Shown one piece after another: positions 37,551 through 47,153 of a stretch of 61,786 nt of DNA; position 1 is the stretch's first letter; each line of letters starts with the position of its first letter. Position numbers and translations under genes: made by a program. The DNA comes from Minisyncoccia bacterium (lineage in GTDB: Bacteria > Patescibacteriota > Minisyncoccia > UBA6257 > 2-01-FULL-56-20). The notes beneath the pieces are model-generated. The model did not search any database. It was given only the letters and a program-made list of their open reading frames with translations, and was not told where the DNA came from. The stretch spans positions 1 through 61,786 of the forward strand of contig JBEKML010000003.1 in assembly GCA_050008535.1 (NCBI GenBank), given 5' to 3'.

Positions 37551-38318
37551 ATGTTCGGCGACTATAAAGACCTCGATGATTTCAAAGAGAAGTCCGGCTA
37601 TACGATCGATGGCGTTTGGTATCCGCGCGTAACGAAGATCGTTTCGATCAAGGCAAAGCCGGCGCTCTACCGTTATTACGGCGAGGCGGCGAGCTATAAA
37701 GCGGCGCAGGACATCACGGAACAGTCGGCCAAGGAAGGAACAATGATCCACGAAGCGGTGGAAGGATTGCTTCTTGGGAAAAATCCGGAGATCCCGGCCG
37801 AGATCGCGCCGGCGGTGAAATCATTTTCGGAATTTTTTGACAAGAACAATATCCAGGTGACGCCCGAGCTTGTGGAACGCCGCATCGTGAACTATGACCA
37901 CCGTTATGCGGGCACGGTGGACGCGGTCGCTTTGATCGGCGGCCGGCTCGGCGTACTTGATATAAAAACCTCGCAGGCCATCTACCGCGACTACTCCCTT
38001 CAAACCTCGGCGTACATGGACGCTTTGAAAAACCAGTTCCGTAAACTGGAAACGCGGTGGATATTGCGTATTGACCAGATCCAAAAATGCATGAGGTGCG
38101 GCGCCACGCGGCGCGTGAAAGGCGGCCGCGAAAAGGTGCGCGTGGACTGGAAGAACGGCAGCATGAAAACCTGCGAACACGATTGGGGACCGCTTTTGGG
38201 CGAGATCGAACTCAAAGAATTTCCTTATTGGCAGGATGATTTTGAGGCGTTTTTGGGCGCGAAGAAGCTCTGGGAATGGGAAAATGATTTCTGGCTGAAG
38301 AAAGCAGGCTATTTGTAA
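37551..38318 (+). CDS. PD-(D/E)XK (RecB/Cas4-like) nuclease with Cys-rich insert
   Basis: 255 aa. Contains GTMIHEAVE, GTVDAV....LGVLDIKTS (D...D-x-K) and the QxxxY motif LQTSAY. The insert is CMRCG...C.H. Confidence 0.7.
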   Translation: MFGDYKDLDDFKEKSGYTIDGVWYPRVTKIVSIKAKPALYRYYGEAASYKAAQDITEQSAKEGTMIHEAVEGLLLGKNPEIPAEIAPAVKSFSEFFDKNNIQVTPELVERRIVNYDHRYAGTVDAVALIGGRLGVLDIKTSQAIYRDYSLQTSAYMDALKNQFRKLETRWILRIDQIQKCMRCGATRRVKGGREKVRVDWKNGSMKTCEHDWGPLLGEIELKEFPYWQDDFEAFLGAKKLWEWENDFWLKKAGYL

Positions 38319-38327
38319 ATCACGCCC

Positions 38328-38897
38328 ATGATCGAAGTTGAGATACGAGGCCGGCTCAATAAGGAAGAATACGAACGCCTGAAGAAATTTTTGGGTGAAA
38401 AAGGCAAATTCATAAAGCACACTAACCGCGAAATGTTCCTTATATACGACCACCCGGGCTATTCGCATGATCCGATGGCGCGTGAGGTGGATATCCGTCT
38501 CCGGAATACGAACGGCGATTGCGAAATTATGATGAAGAAAAAGGCATCGGCGAATAATGAGGCGCGGGAAGAAATTTCCCTTAAATTGAGAGATGGCGAT
38601 CTCGAGAATGCGAAGCGCATCATGAAAGCGCTCGGCTACCCGCGGGCGCTTAAAATGCAGCGCTCAACCGACGTCTACGAGCACGAAGGAACCGAGTGGT
38701 CGCTCGTGCGCCCTCCGAAAGACTATTTTTACTATGAAGCGGAACAAGGAGCAGAGGAAGAAGCCGATGTTTCCAGGATTCATAACGAACTTGTCAAAAA
38801 AGCAAAAGCGCTTGATCTTGAGGTTCTCGGCCCGAAGGAAATGAAAGAATTTATAGCGTTTTTGGATAAAGAAGTGAACGAGGAGGTTGCGTTCTGA
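38328..38897 (+). CDS. CYTH-domain protein (CyaB-like class IV cyclase / triphosphatase fold)
   Basis: 189 aa. N-terminal EVEIRG (ExExK-type), DIRLR, and YFYYEAE acidic strands. Confidence 0.7.
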   Translation: MIEVEIRGRLNKEEYERLKKFLGEKGKFIKHTNREMFLIYDHPGYSHDPMAREVDIRLRNTNGDCEIMMKKKASANNEAREEISLKLRDGDLENAKRIMKALGYPRALKMQRSTDVYEHEGTEWSLVRPPKDYFYYEAEQGAEEEADVSRIHNELVKKAKALDLEVLGPKEMKEFIAFLDKEVNEEVAF

Positions 38898-38905
38898 AAT
38901 TTAAA

Positions 38906-38939
38906 GCCGGCACAGGAAGAAAATCCCTCCTGTGCCGGC
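38906..38939. terminator. 12-bp-stem hairpin between convergent genes
   Basis: GCCGGCACAGGA ... TCCTGTGCCGGC. A/T-rich sequence (AAATTTAAA) flanks the hairpin only on its left (low-coordinate) side, which favours the minus strand (typA side). Confidence 0.5.
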
Positions 38940-39095
38940 AATCGGCGGACGAAGAGGAGAACAGAGCGGACCGACTCGCCAGCCGGTCCCAAAGCGCGGG
39001 TCCTCGTCCACCACACCGCCCACGCCTCCGAAAGATCGTAAAAGGCCTTATAATCTGTTTCTACTATAACAGATGTCGCTTTATATTGCAAGTGC

Positions 39096-40904
39096 TTACT
39101 GCCGTCCCGCTCGTTTCCTTTCGTTTTCCGTCAGATATTGCTTCCTGATGCGAATGCTTTGCGGTGTGACCTCCACGAGCTCGTTGTCCCCGATGTAGTC
39201 CAGTGCGTCTTCCAGTGAAAGGTTGAGCGGGACCTCGAGCTGCGTGGCGAGGCCTTCGTTTTTCGCCCGGAAGTTCGTGAGTTGTTTTTCGCGCGCAACG
39301 TGGACCATCACATCGCCGTCCTTCGCGTTCTCGCCGACCACCATGCCTTCGTAAACGGGCACGCCGGGACCGATGAAGAGCGTTCCCCTCCCCTGTGCGG
39401 TGACAAGTCCGTAATTATTTGAATTTCCTGCCTGCGTCGCGACGATCGAGCCGTGCGGGATGGCCGTGATGTCGCCCTTATACGGTTCATAGCCAAGAAA
39501 AATACTGTTCATGATGCCGGTACCTTTTGTCGCGGTGAGGAATTTGTTCCGGATGCCGATGAGGCCGCGCGTGGGGATCTCAAAATCCATGAAAGCGATG
39601 TGTTTGTCGTCCATTCTCATGTTTTTCATCTGGCCGAGACGTTTTCCCATCATTTCGATCACGACGCCGGAATATTGCTCGGGCGCTTCAACGGAGACAA
39701 GCTCCATCGGTTCCAGCTTCTTCCCGTCCTTTTCTTTGAAAATAACCTGGGGCTTTGAAACCTCCAGCTCGAATCCTTCACGCCGCATTTTTTCAATGAG
39801 GATGGCGAGATGCAGCTCGCCGCGGCCCGCGACCGTCCACCGGTCGGTGGTTTCGGTCGGCGTCACTTTCAGGGCCACGTCGGTTTCCAGCTCGTGTTCC
39901 AAGCGCTCTTTTATGTTCCGCGAAGTCGTATATTCTCCTTCCCTTCCGCGGAAGGGCGAGGTGTTGACGCCGAAGGTCATCTTGATCGTCGGTTCGTCTA
40001 TATCAATCGTGGGGAGCGGCATGGGATGCTCCGGATCGGTGATCGTCTCCCCTATGGTGATGTCGGGAATCCCCGCGATCGCAACAATATCCCCTGCTTC
40101 CGCCTGGTCCACGTCCACACGGCCCAGGCCGTCAAACAGCATCACGGAGGTGAGCTCTTCTTTTTTGATCTCGCCCGTACGCGTCACGTGCGCCACGGTC
40201 ATCGCTTTTTTGAGGACGCCGGAATACAAGCGGCCGACGGCGATCTTTCCTTTGTAGTTGTCGTAGGCAAGGTTCACCGTAAGCATCTGTAAAATATCCG
40301 TCCCGCTCTTTTTTGGCGCGGGGATATGCTTCACCACCGTTTCAAAGACCGGTTCGATATCTTTCATCTCGCTCAAGTTTTTCGTGAAGCCTGCTTTTCC
40401 CTCCCGCGCGGCAGCGTAGATCACCGGAAATTCAACTTGTTCTTCCGTCGCATCCAGTTCAAAGAAAAGATCGTAAGTGGCGTTCAGCGCCCATTCCGGC
40501 CGCGCATCCGGCTTATCGATCTTGTTGATAACGACCACGATTTTGTGCCCTGCCTGAATGGCTTTGCGCAGGACGAATTTCGTCTGCGGCATCGGCCCTT
40601 CTTTTGCGTCCACAAGGAGGAGCACGCCGTCCACCATCCGCATGATGCGCTCCACCTCGCCGCCGAAATCCGCGTGCCCCGGCGTGTCCACAATATTGAT
40701 CTTTACGTCTTTGTAGCGCACCGCCGCGTTTTTGGAAAAGATCGTGATCCCCCGTTCGCGCTCCAGTTCATTGGAGTCCATAATGAGCGTCGTCTCCGCG
40801 CCGCTTTTCAATTTGAAAGTCGCCGACTGCTTCAAGAGCGCGTCGACGAGCGTCGTCTTCCCGTGGTCTACGTGCGCGATAATGGCGATATTGCGAAGTT
40901 CCAT
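39096..40904 (-). CDS. typA: translational GTPase TypA/BipA
   Basis: 602 aa. Contains [22 protein letters not shown] and NKID, with EF-G-like domains. Confidence 0.95.
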   Translation of the reverse strand: MELRNIAIIAHVDHGKTTLVDALLKQSATFKLKSGAETTLIMDSNELERERGITIFSKNAAVRYKDVKINIVDTPGHADFGGEVERIMRMVDGVLLLVDAKEGPMPQTKFVLRKAIQAGHKIVVVINKIDKPDARPEWALNATYDLFFELDATEEQVEFPVIYAAAREGKAGFTKNLSEMKDIEPVFETVVKHIPAPKKSGTDILQMLTVNLAYDNYKGKIAVGRLYSGVLKKAMTVAHVTRTGEIKKEELTSVMLFDGLGRVDVDQAEAGDIVAIAGIPDITIGETITDPEHPMPLPTIDIDEPTIKMTFGVNTSPFRGREGEYTTSRNIKERLEHELETDVALKVTPTETTDRWTVAGRGELHLAILIEKMRREGFELEVSKPQVIFKEKDGKKLEPMELVSVEAPEQYSGVVIEMMGKRLGQMKNMRMDDKHIAFMDFEIPTRGLIGIRNKFLTATKGTGIMNSIFLGYEPYKGDITAIPHGSIVATQAGNSNNYGLVTAQGRGTLFIGPGVPVYEGMVVGENAKDGDVMVHVAREKQLTNFRAKNEGLATQLEVPLNLSLEDALDYIGDNELVEVTPQSIRIRKQYLTENERKRAGRQ

Positions 40905-41058
40905 GAGGACTAATTATAAAAGAAATTTGGATAAAATGCAACGTACTGTTGCTTATGGCAAGAAAGCGTATACTGTGGGTAGTTGTTTAAAAAGCACTCC
41001 ATACGCTCCTTGATAGCCCCATAGTGTTGTTTTTAAAGGCCGTCATATTGCATAAATT

Positions 41059-41880
41059 ATGAAAAAATTATTTATTATTTTGCTTTTCGTTGTTGCAATC
41101 GCGAGCTTTGGAGGAATACTGCGTTCAGTGCCTGCGCACGCGGACGAAACGCTTTCCCCGGCGCAGACAGCGGTGCTCCAGCAATCGCTTGATGCCATGA
41201 AGGCACAGCTTTCTGAGCTTCAGTCCCAGGCGGCGGCGCAAGCCGGCGCATCGGTGCTCACCTCTCATGTTAATGGGCTTTCTACGGAGGACGTGGCATC
41301 ATTGCGCAGCGCGCTTTCTCTGCTTTCTTCGGCGCTTATAAGCCTGCAAACAAGTTTGGCGCAAAATCCGCAGCTTATCGCGGGCCGTGAAGGAGCCGTA
41401 CTCACAACCCTACGGGGAGTGGGTGCCGTCCTTGCGACGATCGGAACCACGCTCGGAGGGGAGAATAACGTCGCCTCGGTTTCTGTTTCGGCCCCGATCG
41501 TGCAGTCGCAGCCGGCCGCGGGGACATCACCTTACGTCCCACCGTTGCTTTCTGCCGGTGGCAGGTCGGCGATGGGGACTCCCACTCAAATGACTTTCGC
41601 AAGCGCTGTAGCAGAGACCGCACAGGTAGGATCGACATGGTCGTTCAAGAACCTGAACTGGCCGCTCGTGATCGTGATCATCCTTGTGGTCGTGGCGGTG
41701 GCGTTATGGCTCTTTTGGCCTGGTGGCGAGGACAAGGGAAAACCTAAGGAGGATATTTTTCTAACCTCCACGCCGATAAGACCTACGACACCGATGGTAT
41801 CGCCGATCGTGAAAGAAATGCCGCAGCAACCGCAATCCCAGAATCAGACGCAGTCGCAGCAACAAAGGAGACCCGCATAA
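41059..41880 (+). CDS. secreted, C-terminally anchored low-complexity protein
   Basis: 273 aa. Signal peptide, A/S/L-rich region, TM helix (PLVIVIILVVVAVALWLF), Q-rich tail. Confidence 0.55.
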   Translation: MKKLFIILLFVVAIASFGGILRSVPAHADETLSPAQTAVLQQSLDAMKAQLSELQSQAAAQAGASVLTSHVNGLSTEDVASLRSALSLLSSALISLQTSLAQNPQLIAGREGAVLTTLRGVGAVLATIGTTLGGENNVASVSVSAPIVQSQPAAGTSPYVPPLLSAGGRSAMGTPTQMTFASAVAETAQVGSTWSFKNLNWPLVIVIILVVVAVALWLFWPGGEDKGKPKEDIFLTSTPIRPTTPMVSPIVKEMPQQPQSQNQTQSQQQRRPA

Positions 41881-41893
41881 CGCGGGTTTTCCT

Positions 41894-42031
41894 TTATCTA
41901 TGCGAACAAGATTCGATCACGATCGGCGCATGGTTGAACTCGCGATTCGCCAGATAGCCAAGAGCAAAGCTTAAAGATGACGCCAGGAAAATGATGGCGC
42001 CGAAGACTATTTCTTTCTTAAATTTCTGCAC
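41894..42031 (-). CDS. possible 45-aa single-TM protein
   Basis: Hand translation from a GTG start: MQKFKKEIVFGAIIFLASSLSFALGYLANREFNHAPIVIESCSHR. It is co-oriented with, and 42 nt downstream of, the exonuclease gene. It falls below the ORF-track cutoff. Confidence 0.35.
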   Translation of the reverse strand: MQKFKKEIVFGAIIFLASSLSFALGYLANREFNHAPIVIESCSHR

Positions 42032-42073
42032 CGCTCGATAATAGCACGCCGGGTATTAAAATATTCTAAAAGC

Positions 42074-42802
42074 CTAGGAGCCGAGGTTTAAATACTGTTC
42101 CCACTTTTCGTATAAGGCGCGCGTCGCGCGGAGATCGCCAATGTTATAGCGGGCGATGTCCAGAAATTTTTTCTTTTTGAAGAGCGGCCCCACGTCGTCG
42201 CCGGTCACGCCGCCGGACTTGGGGCTCGGGATCCCGAATGCGCGCGACCAGAGATGCAAGCTCCCCTTCCGCCGCATCGCGCCGTAGAACGAAAGCACGT
42301 CCAAAAGGTCCACATGGACCGCCACGTTGCTCCGCTGTTGCCAGGGATACCTCGCCTGCATAAGGTCTTTTGTCGGCCGCACGCCCTTGATCGCCGAACG
42401 GATCATCAAAAACGGTATGTCGAATCCCCTTCCATTGAAGGTGACAAAAACCTCGTAGCGCGCGGCAAGCTCCCAGAACTTGCGGAGCATCTCTTCTTCA
42501 TCCATCTGCTTGAGCGCCACACCATCCTCTTTTATTTCCTCGTTCTTTTGTCCGGGCGCCTGATAATACACCGCGCCTTCGTTCTTGTGATAGTCCAAAA
42601 TGCCGATCGCCACGATCTCGCCGGTCAAGGGCGAAAAGCTCAATCCGCTCTTTATGTCCTGCAGGGCAAGTTTGTATCCCTCTTCGTTCTCCGAGTCTTT
42701 CTTGATCCAGCGCGTCAGGTTCTCTTGCGTTGCATGGTCAAGCTTATCAAAATCCTCCCCCACCGTTTCAATATCCAGGATAAGTTTATTGGTTTGCGCC
42801 AT
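42074..42802 (-). CDS. DEDD-type 3'-5' exonuclease (PolB-exonuclease-like, RNase H fold)
   Basis: Track ORF trimmed to MAQTNK (242 aa), which avoids overlap with rpmA. Contains [15 protein letters not shown] and YNIGD. Confidence 0.7.
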   Translation of the reverse strand: MAQTNKLILDIETVGEDFDKLDHATQENLTRWIKKDSENEEGYKLALQDIKSGLSFSPLTGEIVAIGILDYHKNEGAVYYQAPGQKNEEIKEDGVALKQMDEEEMLRKFWELAARYEVFVTFNGRGFDIPFLMIRSAIKGVRPTKDLMQARYPWQQRSNVAVHVDLLDVLSFYGAMRRKGSLHLWSRAFGIPSPKSGGVTGDDVGPLFKKKKFLDIARYNIGDLRATRALYEKWEQYLNLGS

Positions 42803-42845
42803 AGCGTTTGACTTCACCTTCATTTTACCATACAATGTAACCCAT

Positions 42846-43118
42846 ATGGCACATACCAAAGCCCTCGGTTCAACCAAATTAGGCCGCGATTCCATCGCGA
42901 AGCGCTTGGGCGTGAAGATCAATGACGGCCAAAAAGTGATGGTTGGCCAGATCATTATCCGACAGCGCGGCACGAAGTACCTGCCCGGCATGAACGTGCT
43001 TCGGGCGGACGACGACACGCTCTATGCCAAGAAGGACGGCCTGGTGAGGTTTGTCGCGAAAAGAAAAACGAAATTTGACGGTTCGCTGCGGAAAGCGACC
43101 TTGGTTTCCGTCCAGTAA
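42846..43118 (+). CDS. rpmA: 50S ribosomal protein L27
   Basis: Trimmed to the ATG at 42846 (90 aa). [22 protein letters not shown]...[13 protein letters not shown]. Confidence 0.9.
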   Translation: MAHTKALGSTKLGRDSIAKRLGVKINDGQKVMVGQIIIRQRGTKYLPGMNVLRADDDTLYAKKDGLVRFVAKRKTKFDGSLRKATLVSVQ

Positions 43119-43127
43119 AAGACCCGC

Positions 43128-43580
43128 CTAGCGCGGGATCTTTTTTACAACAATAGTAAGCGTGGCGGTGATCCCCTTTTTGAGATCCACGGGGATCGCA
43201 TATTCCCCTTCTTCCTTGATGGGATATTTGAGATCGATCTCCACGCGTTCCTTTGTGACAAGCCCGTGCTCGCGGAGCGCTTTCAGGATCGATTCTTTGT
43301 TGACGGAACCGAAAAGAGCGCCGGACTTGTCGGCGGCGAGTTCAAATTCCAATTTGGTATCCGAAAGTTTGCGCGCGATCTCCGTGAGGCGTACGTGGAG
43401 TTCGCGGTCGTTTTTTTCATGTTCGGCCTTCGTTGCCTCCAGTTTTTTCAATGCCCCGGGCGTGGCCGGCTCTGCCAAATGGTTTACAAAAAGAAAGTTC
43501 CGCGCATAGCCGTCGCTTACTTCTTTCACTTCATATTTTTTTCCGATCGTGCGTATGTCCTCAAGAAGAATAACCTTCAT
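43128..43580 (-). CDS. rplI: 50S ribosomal protein L9
   Basis: 150 aa. MKVILLEDI...[18 protein letters not shown]. Confidence 0.9.
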   Translation of the reverse strand: MKVILLEDIRTIGKKYEVKEVSDGYARNFLFVNHLAEPATPGALKKLEATKAEHEKNDRELHVRLTEIARKLSDTKLEFELAADKSGALFGSVNKESILKALREHGLVTKERVEIDLKYPIKEEGEYAIPVDLKKGITATLTIVVKKIPR

Positions 43581-43582
43581 GA

Positions 43583-44827
43583 TTATTTTCCGATTTCCGT
43601 TTTGAGCACCTCTATCGCCTTATCGAGCTGGGGATCTTTGCCACTTGTGGTTGTAGCATTCTGGTCGGTACTGGTCACGTTGTAATCCGGCACGAGCCCG
43701 TCGTGATCAAGGATCCGTCCCGAAGGAAGCACCCAGTGGGCCACGGTGATCTTGATCGCCGAACCGTCCGAAAGCGGTTCAAGTTCCTGTACGGTTCCCT
43801 TTCCGAAGCTTGTTTCTCCTACAAGTTTTATGCCGCGGTTGTCGCGCAGCGTTCCCGCAAGGATCTCCGCTGCGGACGCGGAGCCGTTATTGATAAGGAT
43901 GACCATCGGGAAATTCGCGAGCGCTCCATCCCCTTGCGCCACATAGTCCTGCTCCGGCACCGTACGGCCGATCTCCCTCACGACGAGCGTGCCGGGCTTC
44001 ACGAAATATCCCGCGAGATCAACGGCCACCTCAAGATAGCCGCCCGGGTCGTTGCGGAGATCGAGCACGATCCCCTTCGCGTTCTTGGTAAGCGCTTTCG
44101 CAAGTGTTTGATAGAAAAGAAGGTCGGCGTCCTGCGTGAATTCATTGAGCGTAATGTGGGCGACGTTGCCTTTCATTTCAAATTCAACGTTCGGCACCTG
44201 GATGTTCGCCCGCACGATCTTGAAATCCTGCGGCTTCGTCCATCCTTCCCGCATGATGCCGAGGGTCACTGTAGTTCCTTCGGGACCGCGGATCATGCTT
44301 ACCGCCTGGTCCACGGTCATACCTTCGGTAGAGGTCGCGTCAACGGTAACGATCCAATCCTTTGCCTTGAGCCCCGCTTTTTCTGCCGGCGTATTTTTGA
44401 GCGGCGCTACGATTACGACGTGCCCGCTTGCGTCTGCGGCGAGCTGCGCGCCGATGCCGCCGAAGTCGCCCGTGATGTTTTCACGGAATTGCTGGTTGAT
44501 CTCCGGAGCGAGGAATTCGGAATAGGGATCACTCAGGGAATTCACGAGGCCATTGACCGCGCCGTACACCTTTTTTTGGTTCGTCGTGCTTGGATTGCGG
44601 AGATAATGGTCGTTGATAAGCTGCCACGCTTGCCAGAAAGTATTGAAATCGGCGGCCACGGCGCCGGTTGAAGACGGGGTTTCAAGATCCGTAACTCCCG
44701 TTACCACGATGTTCTGCGGGACTTTTCTCCCCGCGGCCCAGCCAAGCCAAAAGCCGCTTCCCAAAAGGGCAAAGCCCGCAATGACCGCGAGCCCTACTTC
44801 CAATATCTTTTTGCCGAACTTAAACAT
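43583..44827 (-). CDS. S41 family C-terminal processing peptidase
   Basis: 414 aa. N-terminal TM, PDZ region (GIGAQL...AGLKAKD) and [13 protein letters not shown]. Confidence 0.85.
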   Translation of the reverse strand: MFKFGKKILEVGLAVIAGFALLGSGFWLGWAAGRKVPQNIVVTGVTDLETPSSTGAVAADFNTFWQAWQLINDHYLRNPSTTNQKKVYGAVNGLVNSLSDPYSEFLAPEINQQFRENITGDFGGIGAQLAADASGHVVIVAPLKNTPAEKAGLKAKDWIVTVDATSTEGMTVDQAVSMIRGPEGTTVTLGIMREGWTKPQDFKIVRANIQVPNVEFEMKGNVAHITLNEFTQDADLLFYQTLAKALTKNAKGIVLDLRNDPGGYLEVAVDLAGYFVKPGTLVVREIGRTVPEQDYVAQGDGALANFPMVILINNGSASAAEILAGTLRDNRGIKLVGETSFGKGTVQELEPLSDGSAIKITVAHWVLPSGRILDHDGLVPDYNVTSTDQNATTTSGKDPQLDKAIEVLKTEIGK

Positions 44828-44876
44828 GTACTTTGGATTATATCACAAAATCAACAAGGGCTGCCCCTGAGGGGCA

Positions 44877-44906
44877 TTGACAAAACTATAGCTATCATGC
44901 TATAAT
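44877..44906 (+). promoter_or_regulatory. sigma-70-like promoter
   Basis: TTGACA (44877-44882), 18-nt spacer, TATAAT (44901-44906). TAGGAGAATAGGAG precedes the ATG at 44967. Confidence 0.5.
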
Positions 44907-44966
44907 ATCCTCAGCAGCCGTTGTTTTGACGCGGCATCACATGTGATAGGAGAATAGGAGCCCGAT

Positions 44967-45785
44967 ATGAAGAACCGTAACGCGCTGTTATTTGCCGTTG
45001 CCGCAGCCACGTTGCTTTTGGCAGCTTGCGGCAGTGAACAGAACAAGCCAACCGCACCGGCGAATGCAGGGGTCGCTTCCCCTGCCGACGCCCCGAAGAC
45101 CGCACTGGAGGCGAGGCACCCCGAAGAGGTAAAGAAATTCCAGGGCGAGCTCGCGATCATCCTCGATCCCAACGTCCGGACATACGGTCCCAAGTGGAAG
45201 GCCGACCTCCAGGGCGAGAACATGGAGCCCTGCGAAATCCGGGCGAAGTACACACAGCTCGTCGCTTTCCTCGACCGCATCGCAAGCGCCAAAATCGAAC
45301 CGAAGGAGGTTTCCGATAGGGATCTCCGGGACGAGATGAGGGCGCGCGCCATTAACTACGTCAAGAGCGTGGTTGCTGCCGTGAAGTCGGGCGACGTTCC
45401 ATCGTGCCTTCTGGGGCAACTCGACACTTTCGCTGGTAACTGCACTCTTACCACGCTCATTGACGACATAACGCTTGTCATCGAGCACGAGAAGTTCGTT
45501 CCGGAAGACGCAGGGACAACGGGCAAAGAGTTGCGCGCGCTGTATCTGGGCGCGGTGCGCAAGGAGGTGCCCGAGCTCCTGAAAGAGTTCAGGGAAAACC
45601 GGAGCGACCCAGAGAAGCGATACCGCAGTCTCTCCCGGTTGGTAGACCTTGTCCAGCAGCACCATTTCACCGCTGCCGAGCTCGGGCTGCCGGCGGCCGA
45701 TTACAAGACCGTCGCCGAGACGGTCGGCTACGGGGAGGGAAACCTACTCCTTCCCGGAGAGAAAGAGCCCGAGAGACGGGAGTAG
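44967..45785 (+). CDS. orphan lipoprotein
   Basis: 272 aa. Lipobox LLLAAC after a basic N-terminus. GC-rich. No recognisable domain. Confidence 0.6.
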   Translation: MKNRNALLFAVAAATLLLAACGSEQNKPTAPANAGVASPADAPKTALEARHPEEVKKFQGELAIILDPNVRTYGPKWKADLQGENMEPCEIRAKYTQLVAFLDRIASAKIEPKEVSDRDLRDEMRARAINYVKSVVAAVKSGDVPSCLLGQLDTFAGNCTLTTLIDDITLVIEHEKFVPEDAGTTGKELRALYLGAVRKEVPELLKEFRENRSDPEKRYRSLSRLVDLVQQHHFTAAELGLPAADYKTVAETVGYGEGNLLLPGEKEPERRE

Positions 45786-45835
45786 GTGGGCGGCTACGAA
45801 AAGTCCGCCACTAAGTTGCCAAGTTTCAGGCAGTG

Positions 45836-45875
45836 CCGGTCCGCGAGGGATCCTCCCCCGCGGACCGGATTTTTG
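45836..45875 (+). terminator. intrinsic terminator
   Basis: CCGGTCCGCG ... CGCGGACCGG stem followed by ATTTTTGTTT. Confidence 0.7.
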
Positions 45876-45898
45876 TTTAACAAGAACAGGCCAAAGCT

Positions 45899-46480
45899 TC
45901 ACTCTGGAAACGAAGATTTCTGGAGGACAGCATACTCGGCGCCGGCGCGACTGAGGGTAGATTCCATAAGGTCCAGGCTTACCGCGGTGCAACGGAGACG
46001 GAGCGATTGTTCGATCTTGGGCAGTGAAGCGTTCGGAATTTCATTATTGAAACGCGCGAGGGTGATGTGCCCGCTGAACGGCCTTGCTTCCCTGCTGAAC
46101 GGCACGCCCTCGGCCACCAATTGGTCCTCAAGAAACTGTTTTATGGCGGAGATGTTTTTTGAGACAGTGTCTGTTGCGTGAATCCAGATCATTCTTTTTG
46201 TGCCACCGCGCGGCGGGCCGTAGAGGACATCGTCAAAAACGACCTCCGGCGGCAAAAAATGTTTCGCGGCGGCTCCCATTGCACGAACGATTTTCGGCAA
46301 TTCCGCATCGTCTTCATAACCAAGAAAGGACACTGTGAGGTGCCAATTTTCGGGCGGCATGAAGCGGATCTGCCGAAGCATCTCCCGGTCGAGCTTCACC
46401 TCCAATTCTTCTTGCAGCTTCGCTATCCCCCGCCGCACCGCCTCGTCCAGGTTGATAGCGATAAAAAGCCGGTGTCTCAT
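45899..46480 (-). CDS. thpR: RNA 2',3'-cyclic phosphodiesterase (2H family, LigT/ThpR)
   Basis: 193 aa with two HxT/S motifs: WHLTVSF and GHITLAR. Confidence 0.8.
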   Translation of the reverse strand: MRHRLFIAINLDEAVRRGIAKLQEELEVKLDREMLRQIRFMPPENWHLTVSFLGYEDDAELPKIVRAMGAAAKHFLPPEVVFDDVLYGPPRGGTKRMIWIHATDTVSKNISAIKQFLEDQLVAEGVPFSREARPFSGHITLARFNNEIPNASLPKIEQSLRLRCTAVSLDLMESTLSRAGAEYAVLQKSSFPE

Positions 46481-47079
46481 GATTTTATTCCCTTATCGGT
46501 AAATACTATGAGCCGATTGGAATAGCTTTTCTGGGCCGCATTCCAAATTCCCTCACAGGTGATGAGATTAAGGTGCGCCTTTCCGTCGCTTGAACCAAAC
46601 ACGACCGAGGCATCCTCGTTCTCGCCATACATCCGAACCTCGCGTACCACGAACGTAGTGATCGCCCCCTTTTCATCTTCGACGTATAGTTCGTCTCCTT
46701 TCTGCAATTTGTACAAATTATCAAATACCGCCGGTATGCCGTTTTTCCATCCCTCATGGCCGGCGATCACGGCGCTGCCGTTCTCTCCGGGACGCGGCCC
46801 GAGATCGAACCACGCTACGTCAGCGGGACCCTTTGGTACATCCATCGTCCCGTGAGAGGTGAGCCCCACATGCTCAACTGCGGCATCAATATTGATCTTT
46901 GGGATCCTGAGGCGGATTGGGAACCTTATTAAGTCCGCTTGTTGCGGATTTTGCGAAGCCTGGCCGCTGGTAGGCGAGGACAAATCAAGAGTCAGAAAGA
47001 AAATAATGATCGAAGAGAATATGATCCCCGCAATGCCAAGCACGATCAATGACCGTTTCAATGAAATTTTCGATCGCAT
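46477..47079 (-). CDS. sortase-family transpeptidase
   Basis: I prefer the ATG at 47079 (the TTG at 47106 lies inside the upstream terminator hairpin). Signal anchor, AVIAGH, and catalytic Cys in LNLITCEG. Confidence 0.8.
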   Translation of the reverse strand: MRSKISLKRSLIVLGIAGIIFSSIIIFFLTLDLSSPTSGQASQNPQQADLIRFPIRLRIPKINIDAAVEHVGLTSHGTMDVPKGPADVAWFDLGPRPGENGSAVIAGHEGWKNGIPAVFDNLYKLQKGDELYVEDEKGAITTFVVREVRMYGENEDASVVFGSSDGKAHLNLITCEGIWNAAQKSYSNRLIVFTDKGIKS

Positions 47080-47104
47080 GGATTTTAGAAAAGTTTCATG
47101 GCGC

Positions 47105-47130
47105 AAAGGCCCCGCCTTGGCGGGGCCTTT
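47105..47130 (-). terminator. hairpin after the LPNTG protein gene
   Basis: AAAGGCCCCGCC-TTGG-CGGGGCCTTT. Confidence 0.5.
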
Positions 47131-47153
47131 CTTGCCTCTGGGCCAAGACTAGA

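Noticed and set aside
47080-47106. TTG at 47106 as the sortase start
   Set aside because: It lies at the edge of the upstream terminator hairpin (47105-47130). The ATG at 47079 gives a normal signal-anchor N-terminus.
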